64,000 nt of DNA from Prorocentrum cordatum (lineage: Eukaryota): the NCBI GenBank assembly GCA_963575745.1, contig CAUYUJ010000003.1:310001-374000 (forward strand). Reading direction: 5' to 3'. The notes under the pieces are model-generated. The model saw only the letters and a program-made list of their open reading frames with translations, ran no database searches and was not told the DNA's origin. A program made the translations under genes and the position numbers. Positions 21,401 through 34,700 of the stretch are shown here, piece by piece; the first letter of the stretch is position 1, and every line of letters begins with the position of its first letter.

Positions 21401-24230
21401 TGAAGTCCCCAGCGATGATCCATTCGGCGCCGAGGCTGTTGACCGCCTTCGCGCGCGCGCGCCCACCTCGCGCAGCACCTCCACGTTGCGGTCGGGCATG
21501 CCTTCGCTGACGCACAGGTGCAGCGGGGTCATGATAAGCCCGCCTGGGGCACTTCAGCGAGCGCGCTCTGCCATCGCTCTGTCCTCCGCCGCGGGCGGCG
21601 ACGCTCGAGCGGAAGGGGCGGGACAGAGGATCGAGCCCTGCTTCGCTATGGCGAGCCCTGCCTCCGCCCTCCTGGTTGCCAGCCTTGCGGGCTGGCGCCC
21701 AGATGCCGCGCCATTCTCTGTCTGCGCCGCGGTGTTGGGCATCTAGCAACCTTTCAGGTCGCGCATGGTGCCCCTGCCCTTTCCCGAGAGATCCCGGCCC
21801 GCGCGTGTTCGGCACCCGGGGCGGCAGATAGTTTTCTGTCGGGGGCCCCCGCGGAGCCCGCGGGGGCAAGCGCGCGAGCAGCGCCAGCTCCGCGCGAACC
21901 TCGCAATGCCCGGCGACGCCCTCCAGGAAGACCCTGGGCCGCGGAGGCAGATCCCGCGTCCGGGCATGGGCTCGCGCCCCCGGCCGGGGGTCCAGCGAAC
22001 CCATGGGGCGGGGGCCCACTCCTCACCCACCCCAGGCGGGGCCCTGAAACCCATCCGCGTCCTGGCGCTGCGTCGGGGGCGGCGCCCACTCCACAGCCCC
22101 CGCCTTCTCGGGGCCCTGCCTGGAGAGGGGGGCAGGTGAGGCGCCCGGCGCCGATGATGATGCCCCCGTCGCGCTCGGAGTCCTGCTCGCCGCTGCCCCG
22201 CCGCTGGCCCGCCGAGCCCGCGAAACGCCGCCGCTGAAAAAATGATGCCTCCGAACGCGAAGCCGCCCCTCGACGCGGCCTTACTTCCAGCGACTCCACG
22301 GAGCGGCATCCCGCTCTTCGCCCACCCCGGGCGGGGCCCTCGGGCCCATCGACGTCCTGGGGCTGCGTTAAGGGCAGCGCCCGCTCCACTGTCTCGGCCC
22401 CCGCAAGGTCTGGTCAGAAGGGGGAAAAAGACGAAGTGCCTGAAGCCGATGATGAAGTCCTCGTGGCACTCGGAATCCTGCCCGCAACCCTTCCACCGCT
22501 GGCCCGTTGAGCCCCGATGGGTCGCTGCCGAGAGCAGCCGCGCCGAAGCCGATGAATTCTGCATAGGAAGCGTGCCTTGAACCGCGCGACGTTCGCCCTG
22601 CCGCTATGTGCAGCGCCCGACTCCAACCCGACGCAGCGAGCGCCTTCAGACGCGTGACATCGCTGGCCGACGGCCGCCCCGATCGACGCGCCCTCCATGC
22701 TGCGTTGCCGAAGAGGGGGTTGGCGTCCAGACTGCCTGCCGATGTTCCCAGGGGACTCGACGTGGCCATGCGTCCTGGCCCGGCATCATCGGCAGACACA
22801 GGGCGAAGCAATTGCGACTCCAGCATGGGCTTCTTGCCTGCCCTCCATGAACTGAGCGTCTCGTTGGGCTTCCGCACCTGGCCTCGCGAGGCCTCTGCCC
22901 TCGCCGGCCGCGACCCCTGCAGCCCGTGCGAAGTCGCGCATCTCCTCGGCATAAGCATCATCGGGGTCGAACAAATCTGGGCCAGGCTGAGCGGAGTTTG
23001 ACGGCTGCCTTTGCTCCTGCCCCTGCCACTGTCGCCACTGGCTGGCGCGCTCTTCTTCTGCGCGACGTTCGGCCCGGCCCTGCTCCAGCGCATTAACCTC
23101 GCGCAGCGCGGCGGGGGGCTTCGCGTCGCCCGCGCCGTCGCCCCTCAAGGCCACGAGCACAGGCCCCATCTTGCCAACCGCGATCAAGTCACGGTTGAGA
23201 ATCTCGAGGGCGCCAGCCAAGATATCGCTGCCACTCGCGGCGCCACCGGGTGGTCGCGGCAACGCGGCCGCCCGCCGAGTCTGTTCGCCCGCGACCTCAG
23301 AGGTAGCCCTCTCGTTATCCGCGAGTGGCCTCTCATGCTCTGCCACCTCGCGCTTGGCCTTTTCGAGCTTCTCCAGCGCGCCATCACGCAGCACCTTTTT
23401 TGCCGTGCCTGCTTCTGCTGCAGTTTCGGCATCTGGAACGACAGCGTCCGAAGCTGCGTAGGCGCTGGTCTCGCGCTATCCAACGCGCCTTTGATGCGCG
23501 CGCGCTCAGCCTCGAGCCTGGCGCGGGCATCGGCGATCTCGGGCTCCGCGAGCCCCTGGATTGCCCGCGGCGCGAGGTCAATTTCTCCGATGCGGGCGCG
23601 CTCCTGGGCATCCGTCGCCGCTGCCGTCTCGCTGCCTCGGCGTCGGGGGCTGGTGGGCGGCTCTGAGCAGCGAGCTCCGCATTCGCCTCTGCGAGCCGCT
23701 TTTCCATGGGGGGAAGAGGTTCGCGGCAATTTCTGGCGCGAGGCTTTGCGTCGAGAAAAAGTACTGACGCCCGAGAACTGGCGATTAGCTCTGGCCCGCC
23801 CGCGACCATCTCTCGAGCTTGTTGGCCAGCAAGTGGCCCCCTCTGACGCTTCCGCAACGCGCCTCCAGCTGGGGCCCGCGGCGGCAGCGGCCCTCGCCGC
23901 CGGGGCGGCCGCGTCTGGGCGCGCGCGGTCAAGACGTGCAAGTTCGCGAACAATGTCGACTCGAGACGCACCAATTATGGCTGCGGCCCAAGGACGCCCC
24001 AGTGAGAAGCCGCGGGCCTGCCCAAGAGCGTTGGCGCCAGCAATTTCCCAGGTGGAGCCACGGGCGGCGGGCTCGATGACGGGCAGATCGCTGCTGTCCT
24101 TGCCCTCGATGACGCGCAGATTGCTGCTCTGGTTGCTCTCGTGCCTGGTCGGCAGCGCGCGCGTCTCGCTGGCCTTGCGGGCCGCGCATGAGGGCGCCCT
24201 CGAGAGGGCCAAGATGGCGCGACTTGAGGC
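18430..24230 (-). mobile_element. LINE element C: heavily decayed (ORF1, APE, RT)
   Basis: RT remnants CRPIALLGPLVRIW, LTDVREFFELV and GVLAGCSLAT (19600-20150). APE remnants WIIAGDFNVE and IDHYML (21200-21700). Coiled-coil ORF1 remnants at 22800-24000. Confidence 0.75.
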
Positions 24231-24241
24231 GAGTAAAAGAT

Positions 24242-24281
<40 letters not shown>
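24242..24281. repeat. Poly-G tract
   Basis: Direct reading of the sequence. Confidence 0.95.
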
Positions 24282-24439
24282 CTGGGTAAGCAGTCCCGGG
24301 CACGAGCCCGCCGCTTCTGGATTCGTTGCCAAACATCGCATGGTGTTGGGCCCTCGTTTTGGAGAGACAGCGCCCGGCGTTCCTCACCTCGCCTCGCCTC
24401 CCGCGCCCCTCCCTCCTCCCCCCCCTTGCCTCTGCCCTC

Positions 24440-25435
24440 CGCATGTCTCTGTTTCGGAACGCCCAGCGCAGCGCTGCGTGGCCCAGTGGGGAGCTCCAGC
24501 GGGGGGCCCAGTGGCAGGGTTCGCATGGCGCCACCGCGCCCATTTTGGCAGACCCCTCAAACGCGTCGCGGCTCCATAGGGGGGGGGGGCCCGCCGAAGG
24601 CTCCAGCGGCAGGGTTCGCAAGGCGCCGCCGCGCCCATTTCGGCGCGCCCCCTGAACGCGTCGCGGCCCCGCATGGAGCTCCACCGAAAGCCCCCGCGGC
24701 AGGGTTTGCATCCCATGTCGGCACACCATTTCACACGCTTCGCTGCCCCATAGGGGACCCTACCGAAGGCTCCAGCGGCAAGGTTCGCATGGCACCACCG
24801 CGCTCATGTCGGCGCGCACCTCGCGCGTTCCGTGGCCACGTAGGAGGCTCCGCCGAAGGCCGCAGTGGCAGCGTTCGCATGGCGCCACCGCGCCCGTGTT
24901 GGCACGCCCCTCAGATGCTTCGTGGCCCCATGTGTAGCTCCACCGAAGGCCGCAATGGCTCGGTTCGCATGGCGCCACCGCGCACATGTCGGCACCCCTC
25001 GCACGCTTCGTGGCCCCGCATGGGAGCTCCACCGAAGTCCCCGCGGCACGGTTCGCGCGGCGCCGCCGCATCCACTTCGACGCGCACTTCACACGTTCGC
25101 CGCGGCGCCCATTTCGGCACACACCCCGCGCGCTCCGCGGCCGCATGGGGAGTTCCAACGGGGGCCCCAATGGCAGGGTTCGCATGGCACCCCCGCGCCC
25201 ATGTTGGCATGCCCCTTGCGCGCTTCGTGGCCCTATGGGGGGCTCCACCGGCGGCTCCAGTGGCGCGGTTCGCATGGCGCCGCCGCGCTCATGTCGGCGC
25301 ACCCCTCCGCGCGTTTCGTGGCCCCACAGGGAGCTCCACCGAAAGCCTCCGCGGCAGGCTTTGCGCGGCGCCACCGCGCCCATTTCGGCGAGCCCCTCGC
25401 GCGCGTCGTGGCCCCACGGGGAGCTCCACCGATGG
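24440..25435. repeat. Tandem repeat with a ~90 bp unit (GGGAGCTCCACCGAAGGC..GGCAGGGTTCGCATGGCGCCACCGCGCCCATTTCGGCAC..CTTCGTGGCCCCA)
   Basis: The anchor GTTCGCATGGC recurs about every 81-94 bp, for roughly 11 copies. Confidence 0.9.
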
Positions 25436-25499
25436 TGGGGCTCACATCTGCGGCGCTTACGATTCCGATGTTTCCCCCAGGGGGCAGGGCCAAGGTTAC

Positions 25500-28400
25500 C
25501 TATTTATCTGGCTGGGACAGCTCCAGAGGCTGCCTCTTCTCTCTCCCGCACACGTTCCAGGAGGGCCTTCATGCGAGGGGTCTGTGGGAGGCTGTCTAGC
25601 CTCGCACTCGAAAGACCTACCTCTTGAGGAGGGGGTGAATTAACTGCATGCTGCGTGCGCCCCACTCCCCGCCTCGACGACCGAGTCACTCGCGCGGAGG
25701 TCTCGCGCGAGTGAGGGTGGGGGCCAGAATCAATTCGCTTCAATGCAAGGGTCGCCCCAGCAATCTTGCGCTGCTGGCATTCGCGACCCAACAAACAAAA
25801 ACGTCGCCGTGTGGTGTATACACCACATGTCGTGCAGAAATACAAGACGGCTTCGCTCGATCTGGCATTATTGGCAGATCTGGTGACAACAGTGTGGGCA
25901 AAAGTGCGGCCCATGTCCAAACTGAAAACGGCCTTCCAAGTTTTGCTCGGCCCTGGGCACCCAGGCAAAGGGCGAGTCTCAGCATCTATGCTGAACAAGA
26001 AACATATTATACATCTGGCTCTGCCGTCATCCTGCTTCTCCCAGCAGTGCCACCCCCTGGACTTGAGGAACCTTGCCCGCGGTCCTGGGGGCGGCAGCTC
26101 GAATTTTTCCAGCGGAAACACACAGGGAACTTTGGCCAGCACACGGGCCGCAAAAGCTAACTTGCCCAAGGAAATATTCAGCACCTCCGAAAACTGGGGA
26201 GAAGGCGAAGGGTGGAAGGAGAAGGAATGCTTGGCGAGGGCGTCTGCGTTCCAATTCCCGACAGCGATTATTCTCTCTTTCCGTCGGGGAGGGAGTCGAT
26301 GACACTTCTCGCTCGATAGGCAGGTGTGTGACGCACTTCGGGCACATGCCCCCGTTCCTCGTGTCACAGAGCCCCTCTCCTCATTCTTGCATGCCGATGG
26401 CGCCGATCCACTTGATCTGAAGGATCAGCCGCGCATAACTTCACTACCGTCATGCAGTCGCTGTATCTCACACCAGAGTAGGGAACAAAGAACGGGATCA
26501 GCGACATTGCCCGGTGCTCCGCCGCCTGCGGTGTCTGGGGCAGGACGTCCCAGGCGGTTCTTATGGCATAGGCAACAATGTCCTCTTCAGGGCCTAAAAG
26601 GATGCAGGCGTACGCGGCCCTTGAAAGTTCTCGGGTTGTGTGCCGCGCGCGCGGTCCGCCCATGCAGGCATCGCATCCCCTTGAGTCGATACTCCCCCAA
26701 GGCACTTCCTCCCTCTGTGGGTTGAAGATGCGAGGGTTGGGGCCAGTGTGGTGGTGGGAGGTGGGGGGTGGGTGGGGGGTGGGGGGGGGGGGGGAAGGGA
26801 AGGGTAGCTGTTTTCGGGGTGTTCCATCTTCAGCTCATCCCAAAAATTCCTGCAATCACTTTCGGCTGCCTCTTGCAGCCATCCTGCATTACCACCAGCA
26901 ACTTCTAGGCGCACAGCTACTACTTCAGGGTGCTGACAGTGCCAGGCTCTGTGCCTGACCGAGTCAGGTTGTCCGCAAAGTGGACAACGTCCGTCGCTGG
27001 CGTATCCTGATGTTCGTGCTCGTGCACGGGTCCATGCGCATTCACAGAAACAAGTAATGGCCGTGTATTTTCCTGCCGGGAGAGCTTTTTGGACCTGGGG
27101 CCAAGGAGCTTTTGGAGCGGTTCAACAACAACTCTGGTCCCAGGGAAAGACGGGGAAAGCGCGGCCAGCTTACGTTCATGACCTCGCTGGGTGGCTAACA
27201 TCAGCAAGTGGCCGACCATGGACGGAGACGCGCAGGCCAAATAAATTTCTCTGCCATGGTCGTCTTCCCACGTGAGGGCAGATGTGGCGCACCATCCAAC
27301 TCTGAATAACGACAGGTGTATGCGTTGAATCGGCCAGCGGGAGTTCCTCCAGCTAACCTGGTTATTAAACGGCACCGCGCGCCACATCTGGCACATCTGC
27401 TTGACGCTATAATGAGGCGTGACGGGGTCCGTGGCCGCAAGCTACACAATGCGAGCCCAGTGCAGGGCTGGCGCAACACCCGCCCTCCAGACAGGGTCTC
27501 CTCCGAAACAAAGTTTAGCAGTGAGCGAGCACCCTCGATGTCGCGGGGCACGATGCAACAGCATGACACGACGAGCTTGTTGTAACTCGTGGTCACTCAT
27601 GCCAACAATCGCCGATCCGAACGTGGCTGCAGGCTGGGGGCCCGCCACAAATATCTCACCGATGCGCCCCTTCTGTCTGGGTCAGCTTCGACGATATCTC
27701 TGTAACACCTTGTGCCTTTTATGCATGCACCTAAACCTGACCTTGCGTTTGTGGAGAGCATTCTTGGTCTATCGTCTCTGCCCTGGTGCCAGATCCGTTC
27801 CAAGGCGTGCTATTAGTGACGGTGCCCGCCACCTGACCTAACAACCTTCCAAGTCTCTTGGCAATGCCTAAGGAACTGCCGAAGGTGGTGAGATTGCCCC
27901 CTTGTAAACCGGCTTTCAGCTCATCTCTAAAAACAACAAACATGCTAGCACAGGCCTGAACCATTTTCTCGAGAGCCTCGGCCTCCGCGCTGCCCTCAGT
28001 CGCAAGGGCATCGTCGTCAACGTACGACGAAAGGGCAACCTGCGGGCGGCTGCTGCAAAAACGCTAAGGCGCCAATGCTGTAGACCCGCGCGAACAGGTC
28101 GTGGAACATGTCCCCCGCTGGGAGGCCACTCAAGGCAAAGTAAGGGTTCGCATTGTACATGCACCCGGGCCTGAGGATACGGGGGCCCCTCCAAAAGTTG
28201 CACGCGGTCGTAACAATAACCTTACTGAAACCGTACTCAATCGCCCTATTCTTAAGCAGCTCCAAATCAAAACTTTCGTAATACTTCGTCCCGTCCCAAG
28301 TAACCCCCACAGTAACCTTGCCCTTAGCCTCGGCCACTTCGGCCTGCACCGCCTGGTGCCGCACGGCATCCTCGGCGCTGCGTCCTGGCCCGAAGGCCCA

Positions 28401-31400
28401 AAAACGGCGGGGGAAGTTGGAGTTAAACTCGAGCAGGTGGGGTCTTCTCGATCGCTCCCAGACTCGGACGGGGCCCGCACGCAACAGGATCGGTCTAACT
28501 CCCCCTTTGGGCTTCTCGAGAAGGGGGAACAACGTCCAGAACAGCTGTTTAAGGAAAAGGCCCAGGGACTCGATGGCCTGGAAGATGGCTCCGGGCGTGT
28601 CCAGGGCAGAGTCAGAGACCAACGACACCTGGCGAGGGTGCAGACCGTCCAAGGACTGTGACGTCATTCTAGGAAAAGAGTTACTGGCAGCGCGAATCTC
28701 AGCCGCCGTGGCCCGGGGGAGATGGCCCCTGCCCAGGACTTCAGCTCGGGCGGGGGAGGTGCTGGCATGCCAGAACTTAGCCAGAGTCTACTTTCAGCAT
28801 CGAGAACACCTTGCGGGTTACTCGTGAACTGTCCAGCAGTGGTCTGGACGACCGTGGGGTTCCATTTCTCCTTTAACTTAGTTAACCGATGCATAGCCCT
28901 GGCCCCTCCCGATAACGCTTTCTTCTGCCATTCGTCCCAAGACTCCTTTTTGTTCCTGTTCAGGGTGGCTTGGGCGAGCTCCAGGTCGTCGTTCCAAGAG
29001 TCCATGAACTCCTGAGCGCCCTGGAGCCACACAGGCGATGTAACAGACCATCTGGGAAGTAGATCCCGCGCCTGCCTGATCGTCGCGTCCAAACTGACAC
29101 TCGGTCCTTCGCCTGGCACGGGCTGTAACTGTAACTGCTTGATCTGAGACTCCGCATCCTGCTGCAGCTGATCCAAACTGTCGGGTTCGGCTCTGGAGTT
29201 GTCCTGGGCATCGGCCAGGCGCTGGGCAACTCCAACCGTCTCCTTCATATGCTGGTCCAGCCAGACCCATCCCAAGGAAACTCCATCCCTGGTGGCCTTC
29301 TTAGGCCTCTCGAAGATGGGGGCCCACCGAGGCTTCAAGAAGGCCCCTTTGTGGCCCTTGCTGACAATGTCGACTCCAAGGAAACCTTCGAGTTCCAACT
29401 CTAACGTGTTGGCGAACACTTTCCACGCACACGCTAACTGGGCCCGGGCCCTCCCGAGAGGAAGGTGGATCGCAGCATCGGCGGCGTCCTCCGCCAGACT
29501 TCGGGCGAGCGCCCAATCCTGGGGGCAGGGGGTGGGGCCAACAGGGAGTTCAACAGGTAACTTCTGGTGGGCATGGTAATTAAGCTGGTATAATTGCACC
29601 GCTTCGTCCCTTAACTTAATTTGCACAGGCCTGCGGGGTCTACCAGTCCACGACATATCAGCCCCTATCTGCTCCACCGCTCTGGCCATGCTCGTGCTGG
29701 CCATGGAAAAATCGATGGTCGTGAGCGCGCTAGGCGAGACGCCGGCGCGCTGCTCGGGAACGGAGAGCGCTGCGTCAAGTCGTCTCGGCAATCCTGTGCT
29801 GTCCACAAGACTGGGTTCCATGTTCCAGTCAGCTCCTACAAGGAAAGGTGCTCCTTCTCAAAGTGAGATCCGAGGTTGGACTCACAGAGCCCAGTGCCAG
29901 ACTTCAGGCAAGCACAAACCACAGTCAGAGGGGGCCATGAGGGAATCTCGACCACAGCTTTGATGATTATGCTGGGAACGGTGGTGCCTGAGCCATCCGT
30001 AGGCCATCTCAACCCTAAGGATTTTCTGACCTATATGCCCCCCCCCCCCCCTCCCCCCCACCACCCCACCCCACTTAGGTTGACCCGCCTGCCCAGGGGC
30101 CGAGGGGGGGGGAAGCATCGCCCAACCTAACATGGAGACCGCATCACATTTTTCACCCAAGCTGTCCTCCAACACGCCGCTCTCCTGAGCGAAGACGATG
30201 AGGGCAGGGGCGGTCTTCAGACGGTCTCGCAACGTACTCCAGGCATTTCCATTGTAACACTCAACGCACTCGCCTCCGCCAAGCACCCCGGGGAGGGTAG
30301 GGGGCGGAGGAGCAGGCGGGGGGATCGGAGCGCCAAACTGCGACAGAGGAAATCCGCTGCACCGTGGGGGTGGGGTGCTGCTACCCCAGGCGCTGTTTCT
30401 TGAGAAGTGCGCGCAGCTGCTCCCCGAATTCTCTCTTGTTGGTGCGCTGTGCACTAAAAAAACTCGCTCGAGCTCATCATCATCCAAGATCGAGGTCGAG
30501 ATCAGGTGCACTCTGGTGCACCGCCTGCCGACCAGGGTCGCGCGGAGGAAATATGAAAGGTGATGCCACGGGGTCGTCGCTCGTCCCCATCTTGATGTCT
30601 CCACCACCGTCGACGACGAACGGTGGTGCGGGGGCAATTAACGGGCTTCGTCGCCGCGGCCTTCTGCTGATCCATGAACTTCTTGAACTTAGCGAATCCT
30701 GGAGATGGCATGAACTCTTCCATCTCCTTTTTTGTCGCCACCTTCGATTATCCAGATCAATATGGCACGTCGAAGAGGGCTCGACCGCCGCCGGCATAGT
30801 CTCCACCAGTTTTTCACTAAGCCAAACAAGCTCCTTTGCCACTGCTGCCTGCTGTGCCTTGAGACTGTCGAGCTTCTCGTGCACCTGCTCAATGACGAGT
30901 TGCTGGTGCTGAACATCCTGAGCCAACCTGCGCTGAGTAGCCTCGGCCTTGCTAATCTTGTGGCCGACGGCTGTGTGTTGAGACAGAACTGGCATGCACT
31001 CAGCGAGGGACTGACGTGCTTCTGTGAGCTGCTTATCGAGTTGTGCCTTAGCTTGGGAACCATTGGGGCCACACTTCTCGACCATGCGGATGGTGATCTC
31101 AAGGTCTTTGATCTGATCACGAAGTTGCTGCTGCTTGTCCGTCTCTTGTGCTGGAGGAGAACCCGCCCAAGCTGGAGGAGGCTGCAAACCCATGCCAGTG
31201 TTGCCGTAGTTCCTACCACCTCCGCCGATGGACTTGTCAAAGCACTTGGTCAGGGCGTCGAGCTTCTCCTGCAGCGGATCGCGTCGTCCAACTGCGCCTG
31301 GAGCGCGCCTGCCAGTGCGCCCGCCAGCAGCAGGACGAGTTTGATTACCATTATGGCTCTGCGTGCTCTTGGCGTTGCTGCGCGCCGCCGCGATGACCTT

Positions 31401-31699
31401 CTGGGCTGCTGACTTGCCGCGCCTGCATGAAACTCGCGACGCCCAAGTGGTATTGAGGCCGCAGTCTCCGCGCGCCCAAAATTGGGTGCGAGGCCCAGGG
31501 AGGATTGGCCCATCGCCATCGGCCATGCCCCTGGGGCTGTGATGATAGGACTGCTCCGCCAGGAGCTCACAGGAATGATGGCCATAATGCCGCACCCATG
31601 TGGCGCGCAAGTGTGGGGGCTCGGGCCGCGCCCCCCGGCTGCAAACAAGCTCCCAGCGCAGGGGGCAACGCTGGGAACTTGAGCCGACATGGCGACGGG
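25500..31699 (-). mobile_element. LINE element D: decayed full-length element (ORF1, APE, RT, RNase H, C-terminal Cys/His fingers) with a relic SL at its 5' end
   Basis: ORF1 (30500-31530) has a decayed RanBP2-like finger and a coiled coil. APE: YNGNAW, FAQE, ADWNMEP, TIDF. RT: LLEKPKGGVRPI, WDGTKYYE, GLPAG, YVDD (~28014-25). RNase H: QTPQAAEH, YSDC, GNWNADALAK. C-terminal FCTTCG. Confidence 0.9.
31678..31698 (-). other. Degenerate spliced-leader relic, CCGTCGCCATGTCGGCTCAAG
   Basis: 18 of 21 positions match CCGTAGCCATTTTGGCTCAAG. It lies ~100-150 nt upstream of ORF1 of element D, in sense orientation. Confidence 0.8.
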
Positions 31700-31749
31700 T
31701 TTTTACGATTACGAATCGGTGGGTCCTTCGCCAGGATGACTTAACCTGC

Positions 31750-34700
31750 GAGGTTGCAGATCGTGCTGAGCTCGACATTTTCCTCTCCTCCACCCGCTCT
31801 CAGTGTGCTGATGGGCTCGCTGTTCAGGAAACGTACACTGACGATATTGAAGCGCAAGACGGAGCCCTCCGTGTTCAGGGTTGGTGTGCTCATCTATATC
31901 CTGCGGAGCCCACGCGCCAATGTGGGGGGTCCTCAGGAGGCCTGTTGAGAGCGATGTCTAAACGCATTGGCGTGTCTGGAAATGAGGGATGCTCTGACGC
32001 TTTGAGGTCAGGGCGCGTCGGGGCGTTGCATCTTGGAGGCGCGCTAACTTTGGTTGCCCGCGCCCATCGCCATCATAATGTTGATTCCCCCCACGCACAA
32101 AGAAGCAACACAAAAATGGAGCAACGCTCTGTGATCTCGGGACCCAGCTCAAGGCCATTGGCATGTCGTTCGTATCGACGGGAGATTGTGATCTGGAGCC
32201 CAGCATGCCCGAGTCCAGGGGTTGGGTCTCTGCCCGTGACGCTGTTACTGTTGCTACTGAAGAAGGGGCGTGCCGCCCCGCTGATCGCGCGCTTAACCAC
32301 TTCGTGGTCAGCCGTGAAATTGCAGTTGCAGCGCGAGCCCCTGCGCGCTACGGCGCGGCCACGGTGCCGCACTGCCCTGTGTTCTATTGAGGCTTGCGTG
32401 CGCAGCGGACTCGCACAGTGTCAAGGTCGCCGAAGCGCCGACGCAATTTCCCACGGAGGCTCCCGCGGGGCCAAGGTACAAACACCTGAGGGCCAATGGG
32501 GTCAGGCGTTGGAGTGCGCGCAGTCCTCCGTCCAGGCTGCGAAACTGCACTTGCTCGACGCATATCAGATCGATGGCGACGCTGTTAAAGGCCACTTGGG
32601 ACGCAGAGGGCCCGCTGAGTTTTGCCGGGGTGCCTTAGGGCGACATGGGCCGCCAGCTTCTCCGAATGTTAGCCCAGCTGCCACTTGGCGGTGCTGCGTT
32701 GGGGCGCCATCTTCCGAGTTGGCGAAAACGCGCAGTTCCTTCGGGGCCCGACAGCTCGGTCGCGCAGCGCGTAGGCTTCAGGGGCCCAGGCGCGCGATGA
32801 GTGACTATGCCATCTGCTTCTGCTACATGCTCGACTTGCTCACCCACCCCGACATGCCCCACTCCCTCGCTGCTTGCCTGTCTAAGCTTGCGCGCGGCCA
32901 CGCTGCGGCGCTGCGTCGCGAGGGCACCGGCCGCGAGTGGATTGGTTGGGGGCCATGGATCAATAGTCACTCTGTGGACGGCGCTGCCGCTCGTCTTCGT
33001 TGCGCTCACCTTCCTGGCGCCTGGCGCATGCGCCGGCCAATTGCATGCGCGAGGTATCTATTCTCGAAGCTACATTGGACAAGTTGTGGCCAGTTGGAAC
33101 CGCTGACCTTCCACTCATCTGGCCCGCGGACCCCGGCAAAAGACCCCCGCCCCCCGCGCGAGCGCGCGCGCGCCGCGCAAGAGCATCTCGAAACGGGTGT
33201 GACAGCGTTCCCTGTGGGGGCGAGGCGCGGGCTTGACCAGCTGCCGCCGCGGCAGCTTTCGCGGGCCCCCGACGACGCGCTCGACATCTTCTTTCTGTCA
33301 GCTCATCCGCGTGATTGAGTGCCGGGTCGAGCGGGCGCCCATGACCACTAGGGTGGTGTTCATGTTAAAGCGACTCGGAGGATCACTTGGCCTGCCCCAT
33401 TGCGCGCGTCTCCCCCGGCGATGGCAGAACGGCAGCCATCGTTATTTCAGACGGGCCGTTCGGGGGAAATCGTCGGAGCTACCGGTTTGGCTTCAGGCTG
33501 GCTGGGCTGAGTATCGCGCCGACGCGGGCGGCCGCGCGGCCGCGCTCCTCGTCGACCTTGAGAAGGCGTCCGAGCTCGTGTGGCAATCGCACTTGGTCGA
33601 CGCGGCTGCCGAGACTCGTTTCCCGTCGCGGCAGTTGAAGTTGCTTGTTCTGGCATATCGCGCCCCGCGCGCCATTGGGGCGCAGGGCCTGTGCAGCGAG
33701 CCCGTGCAGGTCGATCGGGCCATCGTGCCGAGCCGCTTGTTCGCCGCATGCCTCCATCAGCTGGTGTTGATTGAGCCTTTGGATGTCGTTCGTCGCGAGT
33801 GCCCCGCGGTTCCCATGGGTGCGCGCGCGGGGGTGATATCGGGCTGCGGAGGCGCGGCGGTGCTAGACGTGCCGCCGAGGAGGCGTCTGGGGCGGGTGCT
33901 GCACTTATGTGCGAGCTGGAAAATGTTGACCTCGCCATTGCATTATGTACGTCTCGCGCGCTAGCTGGCGCCCCAGTTATTCAGGAGACGCTCCCGCGCA
34001 GGCCCATTTCTGTCAAGGCCCGCGGAGTGCACTCGGAGAAAAAACTCGGAGTGGGCAACTCGGCGGGTCGGGCGACCCGGAGGGGCGCGCGCGCGGCTCG
34101 CGCCCCAGTCGCCAAGGCCACGCTCAAGATGCCGAAGCATTGACAGGGTGCGCACACAAGCAGAACGTCGCTGTAGCACATGGCACGCGCGTCCATCGAG
34201 ATGGCGGTTTCGTTCGGCACGGCCGTTCAGGGCGCCAGCGTTGGGGAACTTGAGTCACTTCGCACGATGACTCGCATATATTGGGGCTAAGGACGCAGGA
34301 AAATCTCGCGCGCTCGCGCCCCCCCCACCACGCCCGACCCCATTGTCGACCCCATTTATAGAGCCACCTTGGAGGCCGTCGCGGCCTTCATGCACGTGCT
34401 CTGGATGACCCTCGTGCCCCGCGAGACCACGCAGATGGGGCTTGCCGCTGCCGCTGCTCGTTCTGGGGCTCGCAGCTCTCCCTGGCAAGCCATCGAGGGG
34501 CCCTTCCAGGCGCTCTGGGCTTCTCTGTTCAGGGTTGGTGCCGACGCCGGCGGTATGCATGCCTGGCAGTTTTCTAGCGGCCAGGTGATCGACCCCGCCC
34601 AGCTGTGCCCCAGGTCCGTCCATGTGCTGGTTGAGAGGGCCATCGTCTCACAGCAGATGGCGAAGGCATCCGAGCATTTCGAGGCCCCCGGCTTCCAGGT

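Noticed and set aside
24196..24240. Possible third SL relic at the 5' end of element C (GCCTCAAG..GCCATCTTGGC on the minus strand)
   Set aside because: Only short partial matches are present, and CCAAGATGGC-like words are common in this window.
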